Shown here piece by piece: positions 20,300 through 29,931 of a DNA stretch of 64,000 bases (positions are counted from its first letter, which is position 1; every line of letters starts with the position of its first letter). The stretch is taken from contig JAZLKT010000057.1 in assembly GCA_045597785.1 (NCBI GenBank), positions 775 through 64,774 on the forward strand, given 5' to 3'. Position numbers and translations under genes: made by a program. This stretch comes from Candidatus Cryptobacteroides sp. (GTDB lineage: Bacteria; Bacteroidota; Bacteroidia; Bacteroidales; UBA932). The notes under the pieces were generated by a model that saw nothing but the letters and a program-made list of their open reading frames with translations, was not told the origin of the DNA and did no database searches.

Positions 20300-21313
20300 A
20301 TGAAAGCCACCAGATATACACTTACAAATGCTTCAGGAGCCAGCGTTACGCTGAGCAGTCTCGGAGCGGCAATCGTTTCCATCAATGTTCCCGACAGGGA
20401 CGGAAAACTCGATGACGTCGTAATAGGATACGACAGCGACGACGCCTACCTTGGCGACGGTCCCTGCGCCGGCAAGTGCCCGGGTCGCTATGCAAACCGC
20501 ATAGCAAAAGGCCGTTTCACCCTGGATGGAAAAGAGTATTCGCTGCCCGTCAACAACGGGCCCAACCATCTGCACGGCGGACCGGAGGGCTTCCAGAACC
20601 GCATCTGGGAGAGCCGTCAGACCGGCCCCCTTTCGGTAGAGTTCATGTATTTTGCCGAGGACGGCGAGATGGGCTATCCGGGCGCCCTTAAAGTAGTTGC
20701 GCGCTACGACTGGAGCGAGGAGAATGAACTCCGCCTGACGTTCACCGCGCAGTGCGACGCGCCTACGCACGTCAATCTGACGAATCACGCCTATTTCAAC
20801 CTCGACGGGCACGGCAGCGGAAGCGTCCTTGGCCACACGCTTAAACTCAACGCTTCGGAGTATCTGCCTACGGACGATACTCTCATTCCGCTTGGCGAAT
20901 CGGAACCGGTAGCCGGAACTCCGATGGATTTCATCAACGAAAAACCCCTCGGACGCGATATCAGGGCCGATTTCCCGGCTCTCAACTACGGCAAAGGCTA
21001 CGATGCCTGCTGGCTGATTGACGGTTACACCGAAGGCCAGTTGCAGGAGGCCGCCACGCTCCGTGCCGAGAAGAGCGGCCGTGTGCTCAAAGTCTGCACC
21101 ACACAGCCCGGCATACAGGTCTATACCGGAAACTGGCTCGAAGGCTGCCCGACCGGCAAGGGCGGTGTCGTTTATCACGACTACTGCGCCGTTGCCCTCG
21201 AATGCCAGCATTTCCCCGACAGCCCCAATCGTCCCGATTATCCTTCGACCGTGCTCCGGCCGGGCGAAGTGTTCAGTCAGGCAATAATCTTCGCTTTTTC
21301 CGTAGAAGAATGA
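20300..21313 (+). CDS. galM: Aldose 1-epimerase (galactose mutarotase)
   Basis: GRYANRI, NHLHGG, NLTNHAYFNL, QVYTGN, ALECQHFPD. Promoter TAAATTTG at 20270-20277. Confidence 0.96.
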   Translation: MKATRYTLTNASGASVTLSSLGAAIVSINVPDRDGKLDDVVIGYDSDDAYLGDGPCAGKCPGRYANRIAKGRFTLDGKEYSLPVNNGPNHLHGGPEGFQNRIWESRQTGPLSVEFMYFAEDGEMGYPGALKVVARYDWSEENELRLTFTAQCDAPTHVNLTNHAYFNLDGHGSGSVLGHTLKLNASEYLPTDDTLIPLGESEPVAGTPMDFINEKPLGRDIRADFPALNYGKGYDACWLIDGYTEGQLQEAATLRAEKSGRVLKVCTTQPGIQVYTGNWLEGCPTGKGGVVYHDYCAVALECQHFPDSPNRPDYPSTVLRPGEVFSQAIIFAFSVEE

Positions 21314-21807
21314 AAAAATGTATGATAGCGGCCGTGGCCGACAACTGGGGGATAGGAGTCAAGGGGGCGCTTCCCTGGCACCTGAGCGAGGACCTGAAGT
21401 ATTTCAAGAAAACCACTTCGGGCTATCCCGTCATAATGGGCCGCACGACATACTTCTCGATAGGCCGCCCGCTGCCGGGCAGGCTTAACGTTGTTCTCAA
21501 CGCCGGCGGAGACCCCATAGAAGGCGTGTTCACTGCACTGTCATTTGATGACGCCTATGGAATGGCCGACTTTTCCGGCGCCGGGAAATGCTTCATAATA
21601 GGCGGCGCGTCGGTTTACCGCGCTGCGATAGACGATATGGACGAACTATATATAACGCACGTCCATACGGTGGTCGAAGACGCCGATGCGTTCTTCCCCG
21701 AAATCGACCTCACGAAGTGGGAGGTCGCAAGCCGCTCCGAAAGCTTCACCGACGAGCCGACGGGCTGGAAATACGAGTTTGTAGTGTATAAAAAGATAAA
21801 TGGCTAG
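21310..21807 (+). CDS. folA: Dihydrofolate reductase
   Basis: IAAVADNWGIG, LPWHLSEDLKYFK, IMGRTTY, PLPGR, IIGG, DAFFP. ATG 21310 overlaps the galM stop. Confidence 0.96.
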   Translation: MKKCMIAAVADNWGIGVKGALPWHLSEDLKYFKKTTSGYPVIMGRTTYFSIGRPLPGRLNVVLNAGGDPIEGVFTALSFDDAYGMADFSGAGKCFIIGGASVYRAAIDDMDELYITHVHTVVEDADAFFPEIDLTKWEVASRSESFTDEPTGWKYEFVVYKKING

Positions 21808-23152
21808 AGAAAGATTTGCAAGCAAGACAGGCTACATAATGGCCCTTGCCGGCTCGGCGATAGGCCTGGGCAATATCTGGCGCTTCCCTTACATTATGGG
21901 AGAGCACGGAGGTGCGGCATTCATCGTGCTTTACATTCTCTGTACGATATGCATATCGCTGCCCATTATGCTCTGCGAGAGCATAATCGGCCGCAGTGCG
22001 CGCAGAGGCACCTATGAGGCGATGGTTCGCCTCGCTCCCGGCACCAGATGGAGATACGTTGGCGTACTGACTGTAATATGCGCCTTCGTCATCATTTCGT
22101 ATTACAGCGTGGTTGGAGGATGGTCTGTCGATTTTCTGGTTCGAAGCTGCATTTCCGGTCCGGTTTCGGGGTCGGGCGCCGATGGTCTGTCGATGTTCGG
22201 CAAGATGTCGTCTTCGATATGGGAGCCAATCTTCGCGCATACGGCATTCCTTGGCATCACAGCCTTGATTGTAAGGCTCGGCATAAAGAACGGCATAGAG
22301 AAATTCTCCAAGATCACCATTCCGGTTCTGTTTGTACTGATGGTTGTCATTGCGGGATATGTGCTTACGATTCCCGGGTCGGCCGAAGGTGTGAAATACC
22401 TCATCAAGCCCGATTTCTCCAAGCTTGACCTTTCGTCGATCGCCTATGCGATGGGGCAGTCCTTCTACTCGATGAGCCTTGGCGCCGGATGCGTTCTCAT
22501 CTACTCGAGCTATCTGCGCAGCGAGGAGAATATTGCGGCTTCGTCTGCGCTGACGGCTGTCTTCGACACGTTCTTCGCCATCCTTGCGGGATTTGCCGTA
22601 ATGCCGGCCGTGTTTGCCGCGGGCCTCGCTCCCGGTTCGGGTCCGGCTCTGGTCTATGAGACACTGCCGTACATCTTCGCACAGATGAGCATGAACGCTC
22701 CGGTGATAAGTTACATTATCACCATCATCTTCTTCATTGCCATACTGACCGCGGCTCTCACATCGGCAATCTCGATGTTCGAGGTTTGCGTTGCGCATCT
22801 TGTGGAAAGAAAGGGTGTTTCGCGCCCGGCCGCCTGCACGCTCATATTCGCCTCCGCTTGGACCGTGGGTGTTCTGTGCTCGCTTTCGTTCGGCGTGCTG
22901 AGTGGCGTGCACATCTTCAAGCGCACGATATTCGGCTTCTGCGACGTGCTTACATCCAACTACCTGATGGTGCTCGGCGCCCTGGCGTTCGCCATCTTTG
23001 TGGGTTGGAAGATGAAAAAGGACGACGTTTACAGCGAATTCACGAATCACGGCACGGTGAACGTGCGTCTGTTCAAGTTCCTGTACTTCCTCGTAAGGTG
23101 GATTATCCCGGTGATGATAGTCCTCATTTTCGCTACGAACCTCATTTTCTGA
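21800..23152 (+). CDS. Sodium-dependent transporter (SNF/NSS family)
   Basis: GSAIGLGNIWRFPY, GQSFYSMSLG, GPALVY; many TM helices. Confidence 0.93.
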   Translation: MARERFASKTGYIMALAGSAIGLGNIWRFPYIMGEHGGAAFIVLYILCTICISLPIMLCESIIGRSARRGTYEAMVRLAPGTRWRYVGVLTVICAFVIISYYSVVGGWSVDFLVRSCISGPVSGSGADGLSMFGKMSSSIWEPIFAHTAFLGITALIVRLGIKNGIEKFSKITIPVLFVLMVVIAGYVLTIPGSAEGVKYLIKPDFSKLDLSSIAYAMGQSFYSMSLGAGCVLIYSSYLRSEENIAASSALTAVFDTFFAILAGFAVMPAVFAAGLAPGSGPALVYETLPYIFAQMSMNAPVISYIITIIFFIAILTAALTSAISMFEVCVAHLVERKGVSRPAACTLIFASAWTVGVLCSLSFGVLSGVHIFKRTIFGFCDVLTSNYLMVLGALAFAIFVGWKMKKDDVYSEFTNHGTVNVRLFKFLYFLVRWIIPVMIVLIFATNLIF

Positions 23153-23153
23153 A

Positions 23154-25757
23154 ATGGCTAAGATTCAGGAAGATACCCCTATGCTCAAGCAGTACTTCGC
23201 CGTTAAGGCGCAGTACCCCGAGGCTTTGCTGCTATACCGTGTAGGCGATTTCTATGAGACTTATTCGGACGATGCCCTGCTTGCGAGCAAGGTACTCGGT
23301 CTCGTGCTCACCAAACGCAGCAACGGCGACAAGGAGCCCACGCCTATGGCCGGCTTCCCCCATCACGCCATAGAAGGGTATCTCCAGAAACTCATACGCG
23401 CCGGTTACAAGGTGGCTGTTTGCGACCAGCTTGAAGATCCGCGCCTTGCCGGACGCAAGCTCGTCAAACGCGGAGTCACCGAGATCCTTACTCCGGGCAT
23501 AGCCTTCGGCGAAGGGATGCTCGACACCAAGGAACACAACTTCCTCTGCGCACTCTCGTTCGAAGACGGCGAGTGCGGAGCCGCATTTCTTGACGTGTCT
23601 ACCGGAACGTTCCAGATTGCCCAGGGTGCGATGGATTACATCGCCACCCTCATGGCTTCGTTCTCCCCCAAGGAGATTGTCTGCGCACGCGACGTCGCCC
23701 GTGCCGTGAAGGACAAATTCGGCACTCAGGCGTATATTTCCTCAATCGAAGAGTGGGCGTTTGTCTATGACTCAGCCGTAGAGAAACTCTGCCGCCAGCT
23801 GTGCGTAAAGAGCCTCAAGGGGTTCGCTGTGGACAGCATGCCTCTTGCCATATGCTCTGCCGGCGCGCTGGTCTTTTACCTCGAACAGACCCAGCACGTT
23901 GGGCTTAAGAACATCTGCAGCATCTCGCGCATCGACGAGGGCCGGTTCGTGTGGATGGACCGCTTCACCTTCCGCAACCTTGAGATTTTCCAGAGCGCCG
24001 CGGGAAACGATGGCGTCTCGCTCGTACAGACCATTGACCGCTGCTGCACGCCGATGGGTTCGCGCCTCCTGCGCCAGTGGCTGGCAATGCCTCTTGTCGA
24101 CCGCAAGGCCCTGAACGCACGCTTCGACACGGTGCAGTACTTTGTTGACAATGCCGAAGCGCTTGGCGACCTTCAGGCCGCGCTCGGCGAGATTGGCGAT
24201 CTCGAGCGTATAGTTTCGCGCGCCGCGACCGGTAAGATACTTCCCCGCGAGATGCGCCAGCTTGCAAGAAGCCTCGGCCGCATGCAGCCCATCAAGGAGA
24301 TCTGCTCGGGCAGCGAAGCCGCTGCACGCCTGACAAGCGGGATGAAGGCCTGCGACGACCTGCGCATAAAGATAGAGGCCACAATCCTCGAAAACCCTGC
24401 CGGCGGGCTCGGAAAGGGCGACATCATCGCTCCGGGCGTATCGGCGGAACTCGATTCGCTGCGCGACATCTCGCGTGGCGGCAAGAACTACCTTCTCGAA
24501 CTCCAGCAGAGGGAGAGCGAGACCTCTGGCATCCCGTCGCTCAAGATAGGTTTCAACAACGTTTTCGGTTATTACATAGAGGTGCGCAACGCCTATCGCG
24601 ACCGCGTGCCGGAACAGTGGATACGCAAGCAGACTCTGGTCAATGCCGAGCGCTACATAACCACCGAACTCAAGGATTACGAAGAGAAGATAGTCGGTGC
24701 CGAAGCCGGCATCTACGAACTCGAATCGAAGCTTTACAGCGAACTGATAGGCGATGTTCAGAAGCATATTCGCGAGATTCAGGGCGACTGTGCAATCGTT
24801 TCGCAGGTGGATGTGCTTCAGGGTTTTGCACAGCAGGCGGTTGAGATGAACTACTGCCGGCCGGTGGTGGATGACAGCACCTCGCTTGAGATAGTGCAGG
24901 GCCGTCACCCGGTTATCGAAACGCTGATGGAGCCCGGCGAGGAGTACGTTCCCAATGACGTGACGCTCGATAGCCGTGACACACAGATAATGATACTCAC
25001 AGGCCCGAATATGGCCGGCAAATCGGCCCTTCTGCGCCAGACCGCACTCATCGTGCTGATGGCCCAGATAGGCTCGTTCGTGCCGGCGCAGTCGGCCCGT
25101 TTCGGCTGGTTCGATAAGATTTTCACCCGTGTGGGTGCATCGGACAACATCTCCCGCGGAGAATCGACCTTTATGGTGGAGATGCTGGAGACGTCGATGA
25201 TTATGCATAACCTCTCGGCACGTTCGCTCGTGCTGCTCGACGAGATAGGGCGCGGAACCAGCACCTACGACGGTATGAGCATTGCCCGCGGCCTTGTGGA
25301 GTATATTCACAAATACGGTCACGGCGCCAAGACTCTGTTCGCGACGCACTACCACGAACTGAACGACCTTGAGGACAAGTACCCAAGGGTCAAGAACTAT
25401 CACATTGCCGTGAAGGAGCAGGGAACCGAGGTGATATTCCTCCGCAAGCTGCAGCCGGGCGGCGTTGCCCACAGTTTCGGTATTCACGTAGCCAGGCTTG
25501 CCGGTATGCCTCAGGAAGTGATAGATTTTGCCGACAAGAGCCTGCGCGACCTTGAGGCCCGCGAGCGCGGTGTCGTGGCAATGAGCCGCAACGGCGATCT
25601 TGCCGAAGACGGCAGCGTGCAGTTATCTTTCTTCCAGCTCGACGACCCCACTCTCGAGAGCGTGCGCGACCGTCTTGCCGGTGCCGATCTGAACAACATG
25701 ACCCCCCTGCAGGCCTTCGACCTGCTCCGTGCCTTGAAGGGCGAGCTGGGGATATAG
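23154..25757 (+). CDS. mutS: DNA mismatch repair protein MutS
   Basis: TPMLKQY, GDFYE, TGPNMAGKS, STFMVEM, DEIGRGT, ATHYHEL. Confidence 0.98.
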   Translation: MAKIQEDTPMLKQYFAVKAQYPEALLLYRVGDFYETYSDDALLASKVLGLVLTKRSNGDKEPTPMAGFPHHAIEGYLQKLIRAGYKVAVCDQLEDPRLAGRKLVKRGVTEILTPGIAFGEGMLDTKEHNFLCALSFEDGECGAAFLDVSTGTFQIAQGAMDYIATLMASFSPKEIVCARDVARAVKDKFGTQAYISSIEEWAFVYDSAVEKLCRQLCVKSLKGFAVDSMPLAICSAGALVFYLEQTQHVGLKNICSISRIDEGRFVWMDRFTFRNLEIFQSAAGNDGVSLVQTIDRCCTPMGSRLLRQWLAMPLVDRKALNARFDTVQYFVDNAEALGDLQAALGEIGDLERIVSRAATGKILPREMRQLARSLGRMQPIKEICSGSEAAARLTSGMKACDDLRIKIEATILENPAGGLGKGDIIAPGVSAELDSLRDISRGGKNYLLELQQRESETSGIPSLKIGFNNVFGYYIEVRNAYRDRVPEQWIRKQTLVNAERYITTELKDYEEKIVGAEAGIYELESKLYSELIGDVQKHIREIQGDCAIVSQVDVLQGFAQQAVEMNYCRPVVDDSTSLEIVQGRHPVIETLMEPGEEYVPNDVTLDSRDTQIMILTGPNMAGKSALLRQTALIVLMAQIGSFVPAQSARFGWFDKIFTRVGASDNISRGESTFMVEMLETSMIMHNLSARSLVLLDEIGRGTSTYDGMSIARGLVEYIHKYGHGAKTLFATHYHELNDLEDKYPRVKNYHIAVKEQGTEVIFLRKLQPGGVAHSFGIHVARLAGMPQEVIDFADKSLRDLEARERGVVAMSRNGDLAEDGSVQLSFFQLDDPTLESVRDRLAGADLNNMTPLQAFDLLRALKGELGI

Positions 25758-25761
25758 GGGG

Positions 25762-28731
25762 TTAATCCTGGTGCTGAGAGTAGTTCAGCACAATATCGTC
25801 GATGAAACGTGTATTGCGGTTCTGAGTATTGCTGCCGTTGTAATGCCTGATGCGGACATACACATTCTTTTGTGAACTCAGATCCGCGCTGACCTGAGTC
25901 CAGGAACTGATGTTGCTGGCCTGGGTCTTGACCGAGGTCCATCCAGACGTACCGTTGGACGACACTTCGATATACCAGGTTCCCGATGTAGAAGTATTGG
26001 TACTGTAAACCCAGAACGAAATATCCTCGGGCTCAGTCATCTTTGTAGAATAGGTGAGTGTATTCGTGCGGTTGCTCGCCGTCTGTCCGGCATATGAGCC
26101 GCCGTGCTTGCTCGAAGTGCTCTGGTTGATCTGACTTGCCGTCCAGCCATTCGCAGACGCACCGCTTTCGAAGTCGTGGACAGATTGGATTTTGACACTA
26201 AAATCACCGGCATACAGGCAGCGGATGCGGTTGATATTTGATCTTGCCTGATTGCCAGGTCCAAGCGTAGGTGTCTTGCCGGTAGACTCTGTTCCGTAAG
26301 AAGATTGGTTCCAATATGAAAAGGTATATCTTATCGAAGCATCGGTTTCTCCGCTACCTACGGTTTTTCCGGCATCGTCAACCTTGGTGGCGCGAGCATT
26401 AGAGGTGTTGTCCATAAAGAAGTGTCCACTAGTAGAACCAAGGCTGGAATAAGTCATATCATATACATGAAACGCTGGTTGTGAAGACCAATAATATTTA
26501 TTCTGGAACACTTCGAAATCGGAATATCCTCCAGAGCAGACAGCTTCAATCTCGTCGATTGCGGGCAGATACCATTTGATGTCCGCCTGCGCAACGGTTC
26601 CGCCGCTGTCCGACCGCCTGTTTTTATTGAGGCAGTATTCAACAGCGCTGCTAGGCTGTTCATTTGTGGCGAGAGCACCGATACCGGCTTCTGAAACAAT
26701 CTTCTTCGTGAATTTCTGTCCGCTGTAGGGGAAATATGACAAATGTCCGCCCGCGGCTTCTTCCGCATTGATATAGAAGTCATATTTTGCATTCGGAAAT
26801 GCCGTCCTGACAGCGTTTGTCGCAGCTTCGTCACTCAGGATGCCTTCGCAGAAAATTGCATTCTCTTCCGTTGATAATTGTACTCCATTCAGCCCCCAGG
26901 CCATGCCGTCGGTGGTGGCGCCGTAGCCTTCCTTCGCATCGAAGTTGTAGAGGTATTCCTCGAAGTATTCGATACCGTAGGCACGGCCGCCGTAGTCGAT
27001 GCGGTGCAGGCCGCGCTGGATGAAGTAGTAGTCTTCCTTGACTTCGTAATTGTCGCCGGACTGGTCTTTAAGGTAGAATCGGCACTGGACGTGGGCCTGG
27101 CGGGTCGAGCTGCCGGGGCTGTCCGGAATAGTCGTGTTCTCATCAATGTACGCCCAGATGGTGTGCTCGTAGCCGTTTGTTGCCCCGGAATTGGACGGGA
27201 AATCAACACCGAACTTAATAAGTGCATTGCTGGTGCTTGCCTTGCTCGTGTTGTTCAGAGTATTCGTGAGCAGATCGGAGGTGAAATAGCGGCGCTTTCC
27301 GTAGGCGAGATCGGTGCGTCCGCCGGTTTGGCAATATGTGCCGGCGTTGGAACTTATGTCACTGTCTGACGGCATCTCGAAGCGAATCCAGCCCGGAAGG
27401 CCGTCGCCATCGTCCATCAGCTCGATTTCAATGTGCGAGCCCTCGAAATACTGCGGATCGGTTCTCGGGTCGAGAACCACGCGCATGGGCCTGATTTCCC
27501 AGTGCGAGTCGAGAAGGGTCTCGCGCTCAATCTGGAACCGGTAGGAGGTCTGGCTCATATCGACGCGCAGGTCGAACGAAACGCTTTCCTCCTCGGCCCA
27601 CATGCTGTTGGTTACGCCCTTGATTGTGATATTGTTGACGTATTCGCAGTTGCGCTCGATTTCGAAGTTGTCGTAATTGTTCAGGCCGGGGTAAATGGTG
27701 TAGTGGACATCCTTGTCAAGGCCGCGATGGTCGCTGTAAGTGCCATGGATGGTAACTTTCAAAGGCTCGTCGTCTTCACCTACATAAGCAGGCTTCCACA
27801 TCTGCTTTGCATCAGCGGTAATCGTTGTCGGATATTCCGGAGTCAAAGACGGGGTGACGCGATGTTCCGGTACGTACATACTGAAACACATCATCGAAGT
27901 CGGTGCGACTTCGGACCACTTCACGTTGTCGGAAAGAATCTGCTCAACGGGATCGACATTGTTGTCGACGGTGTAGAAGGTCTTCTTCGTGTTCTTCGCA
28001 AGTCGGGCGTTCTTCGATTCGCCGGCATCGTCGTAGGCAATGCAGACATTCTTGGGCACGTTCTCGACCTCCCAGCTGCTAAGGTCGAACGACTGGACTT
28101 TGTCGGAGCGCTGGTCCGGAACGACAATGATATTGAAAGTCACCTTCGAGAACAGACAGGTAAGGGGAATTTCGAGCACGTTCCCGCTCAGATCGGATCC
28201 GGGCCCGAGGTCAATCGCCTCCGACTCGCCGTACATCGGCAGGCCGCCGTAGGACTGAACGCCACCCACCGGGATGGCCCCCGCTACCGAGAAGTCGATA
28301 TCCTTGAGTTCGTCCTTGGTCAAATCGGTATCTGCTCCGGCTGCTGCAAAAGCGTCGCGGCAGGCCGAGGGGATGTTGGCGACAATGAAAATATGACTGT
28401 TGGAAAGCTCGCCCGACCAGTGTTTGTAAGGCTGTGATTCGCTCGTACGGTCAATCATAAACAGAGGCTTGCTGCCCAAGGTAAACTGATAATCAACGAG
28501 TTTGTCGTCGTTATCGAAAACGAACATCGCCATATTCGTGACGACGGACTCGTCGTTGCTCTTCACGGACTTCGTCATCCGGGCGTTTGTCTCGTTGAAC
28601 GGGGTGATTCGCCCGACAACCTGTATCTTTCCGTCGGAAGGCTCTGGAGCACGCAGCCCTTCCACCGAGCATCCTGCAAAGAGGAACAGCGCGGCGGCGC
28701 AGGCAAGCGATATGTTGAAATGTCTCATCAT
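25762..28731 (-). CDS. Type V pilus tip-adhesin-like lipoprotein with lectin-like domain plus extra C-terminal beta-sandwich
   Basis: Lipobox LFAGC, MTK-S processing motif, NFEIERNCEY pilin motif, WYLPAIDEI...YYWSS...RIRCL lectin-type segment, final DFESG...FIDDIVL domain. ATG 28731 overlaps the upstream stop. Confidence 0.75.
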   Translation of the reverse strand: MMRHFNISLACAAALFLFAGCSVEGLRAPEPSDGKIQVVGRITPFNETNARMTKSVKSNDESVVTNMAMFVFDNDDKLVDYQFTLGSKPLFMIDRTSESQPYKHWSGELSNSHIFIVANIPSACRDAFAAAGADTDLTKDELKDIDFSVAGAIPVGGVQSYGGLPMYGESEAIDLGPGSDLSGNVLEIPLTCLFSKVTFNIIVVPDQRSDKVQSFDLSSWEVENVPKNVCIAYDDAGESKNARLAKNTKKTFYTVDNNVDPVEQILSDNVKWSEVAPTSMMCFSMYVPEHRVTPSLTPEYPTTITADAKQMWKPAYVGEDDEPLKVTIHGTYSDHRGLDKDVHYTIYPGLNNYDNFEIERNCEYVNNITIKGVTNSMWAEEESVSFDLRVDMSQTSYRFQIERETLLDSHWEIRPMRVVLDPRTDPQYFEGSHIEIELMDDGDGLPGWIRFEMPSDSDISSNAGTYCQTGGRTDLAYGKRRYFTSDLLTNTLNNTSKASTSNALIKFGVDFPSNSGATNGYEHTIWAYIDENTTIPDSPGSSTRQAHVQCRFYLKDQSGDNYEVKEDYYFIQRGLHRIDYGGRAYGIEYFEEYLYNFDAKEGYGATTDGMAWGLNGVQLSTEENAIFCEGILSDEAATNAVRTAFPNAKYDFYINAEEAAGGHLSYFPYSGQKFTKKIVSEAGIGALATNEQPSSAVEYCLNKNRRSDSGGTVAQADIKWYLPAIDEIEAVCSGGYSDFEVFQNKYYWSSQPAFHVYDMTYSSLGSTSGHFFMDNTSNARATKVDDAGKTVGSGETDASIRYTFSYWNQSSYGTESTGKTPTLGPGNQARSNINRIRCLYAGDFSVKIQSVHDFESGASANGWTASQINQSTSSKHGGSYAGQTASNRTNTLTYSTKMTEPEDISFWVYSTNTSTSGTWYIEVSSNGTSGWTSVKTQASNISSWTQVSADLSSQKNVYVRIRHYNGSNTQNRNTRFIDDIVLNYSQHQD

Positions 28732-29921
28732 TCGAATTCTATGTACTGGTCGTAATTGGTCCACTCGCCCGATTCGATCACCGCAATGGTGATGGCGCCG
28801 TTCGCGAATGTGACAACGAACGAATATCTCTTTCCCGCCTCGAACTTGCGGGCCGCCTCGAATTCCTCGCCGTCGTGCAAATAATTGCCGCCATCATCAT
28901 CGGTCGTGATGGTTCTCCATTCCGACCAGCTGTCGCCTCCCTTGTTTTCGCGGTACTGCAGACAGATATTGCCGGTCAGGTAAGGCATGTTGTCCGCCGA
29001 AGTTTCTGCGTTGCCGTCCGGTCCGTCGGGGTCCATAGGGATGAACATAACGTTCTTGTTGCCCGAAATGAGGGTGTTTTCAGCCGAGTCGTTTGCGCCG
29101 AAGGTCTCCACCGTCACAATGTCGCTCTCGCCGCTGCGGAGCACGTAGGCTATGCCGCCGGTCTTGCTCCCGGAAGGCGTGCAGGCGCTTCCGTCAAGCG
29201 GAATGGAGATGGAGGTGTAAACCTTCGAAGTAAGCTCGAGGGTAAGGTTCCTTATCTGGATTGGCGTCTCGTCAAGGTTTCGGGCTTCCACACAAAGCAT
29301 GCACAGCTTGTGTTTGAACATGAAGGCAACCGTGCCGTCGCCCTTGTTCTCGAGGTCTGTGGCCGCGGATGTCATCACATCGGGCAGAAGGTCGGGATTC
29401 GTCCAGCTGGGAACCGAATATGAAATGACCGGCGCGCTGGCGGTAGAGGCTGTTGAAGAGAGGCTTACGCCACCTTCTCCCGAAACGGAAGACCCGGCTT
29501 GCGGATAGAATGCGAAGAAGGAATATTTCTTGCCGCCCTGCCATACGGAAGGACCGGCAGAGGCCGTATTGTTGTAGTCGTAACTGCAGACGCCGTTGCT
29601 CGCGCAGTTCACGTGCGTGGGGAACGCGAAGCCCTTGACAAGGTCGGCGCCCGAACCGGAAGTGGCTGACGATGCCGGGGTTCCCGTGGCTTTGAATGTG
29701 GTCCAGTCGGTGTCTTTGCTGTATTTGAAGGCCACGACATCGAAGCTCCGGCCGCGCATTGTCTCGATAATCGGGGTCTTGGTGCTGACATCGGCCCCGA
29801 ACCAGATGTAGTCGGGCCACTCGAGAACGGTGTCGTTGCCGTTGCCGCCGGCCTGGGCCGGCTTCTGACAGGATGCCGCAATAACAAGTGCGGGAAGAAG
29901 AATGAATTTCAGAAATCTCAT
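28728..29921 (-). CDS. Fimbrillin-family (Mfa-like) lipoprotein
   Basis: AASC lipobox, STK, YSFFAFYP, FMFKHKL, FEAGKRYSF, C-terminal donor-like strand. Confidence 0.8.
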   Translation of the reverse strand: MRFLKFILLPALVIAASCQKPAQAGGNGNDTVLEWPDYIWFGADVSTKTPIIETMRGRSFDVVAFKYSKDTDWTTFKATGTPASSATSGSGADLVKGFAFPTHVNCASNGVCSYDYNNTASAGPSVWQGGKKYSFFAFYPQAGSSVSGEGGVSLSSTASTASAPVISYSVPSWTNPDLLPDVMTSAATDLENKGDGTVAFMFKHKLCMLCVEARNLDETPIQIRNLTLELTSKVYTSISIPLDGSACTPSGSKTGGIAYVLRSGESDIVTVETFGANDSAENTLISGNKNVMFIPMDPDGPDGNAETSADNMPYLTGNICLQYRENKGGDSWSEWRTITTDDDGGNYLHDGEEFEAARKFEAGKRYSFVVTFANGAITIAVIESGEWTNYDQYIEFE

Positions 29922-29931
29922 GGCTGCACCC

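Noticed and set aside
23772-25487. 571-aa antisense ORF over mutS, and similar long shadow ORFs (5860-6912, 11628-12761, 21746-23050, 35254-36711, 44716-45915)
   Set aside because: They mirror well-supported genes on the opposite strand, have no recognisable motifs, and are expected from GC-rich codon bias.
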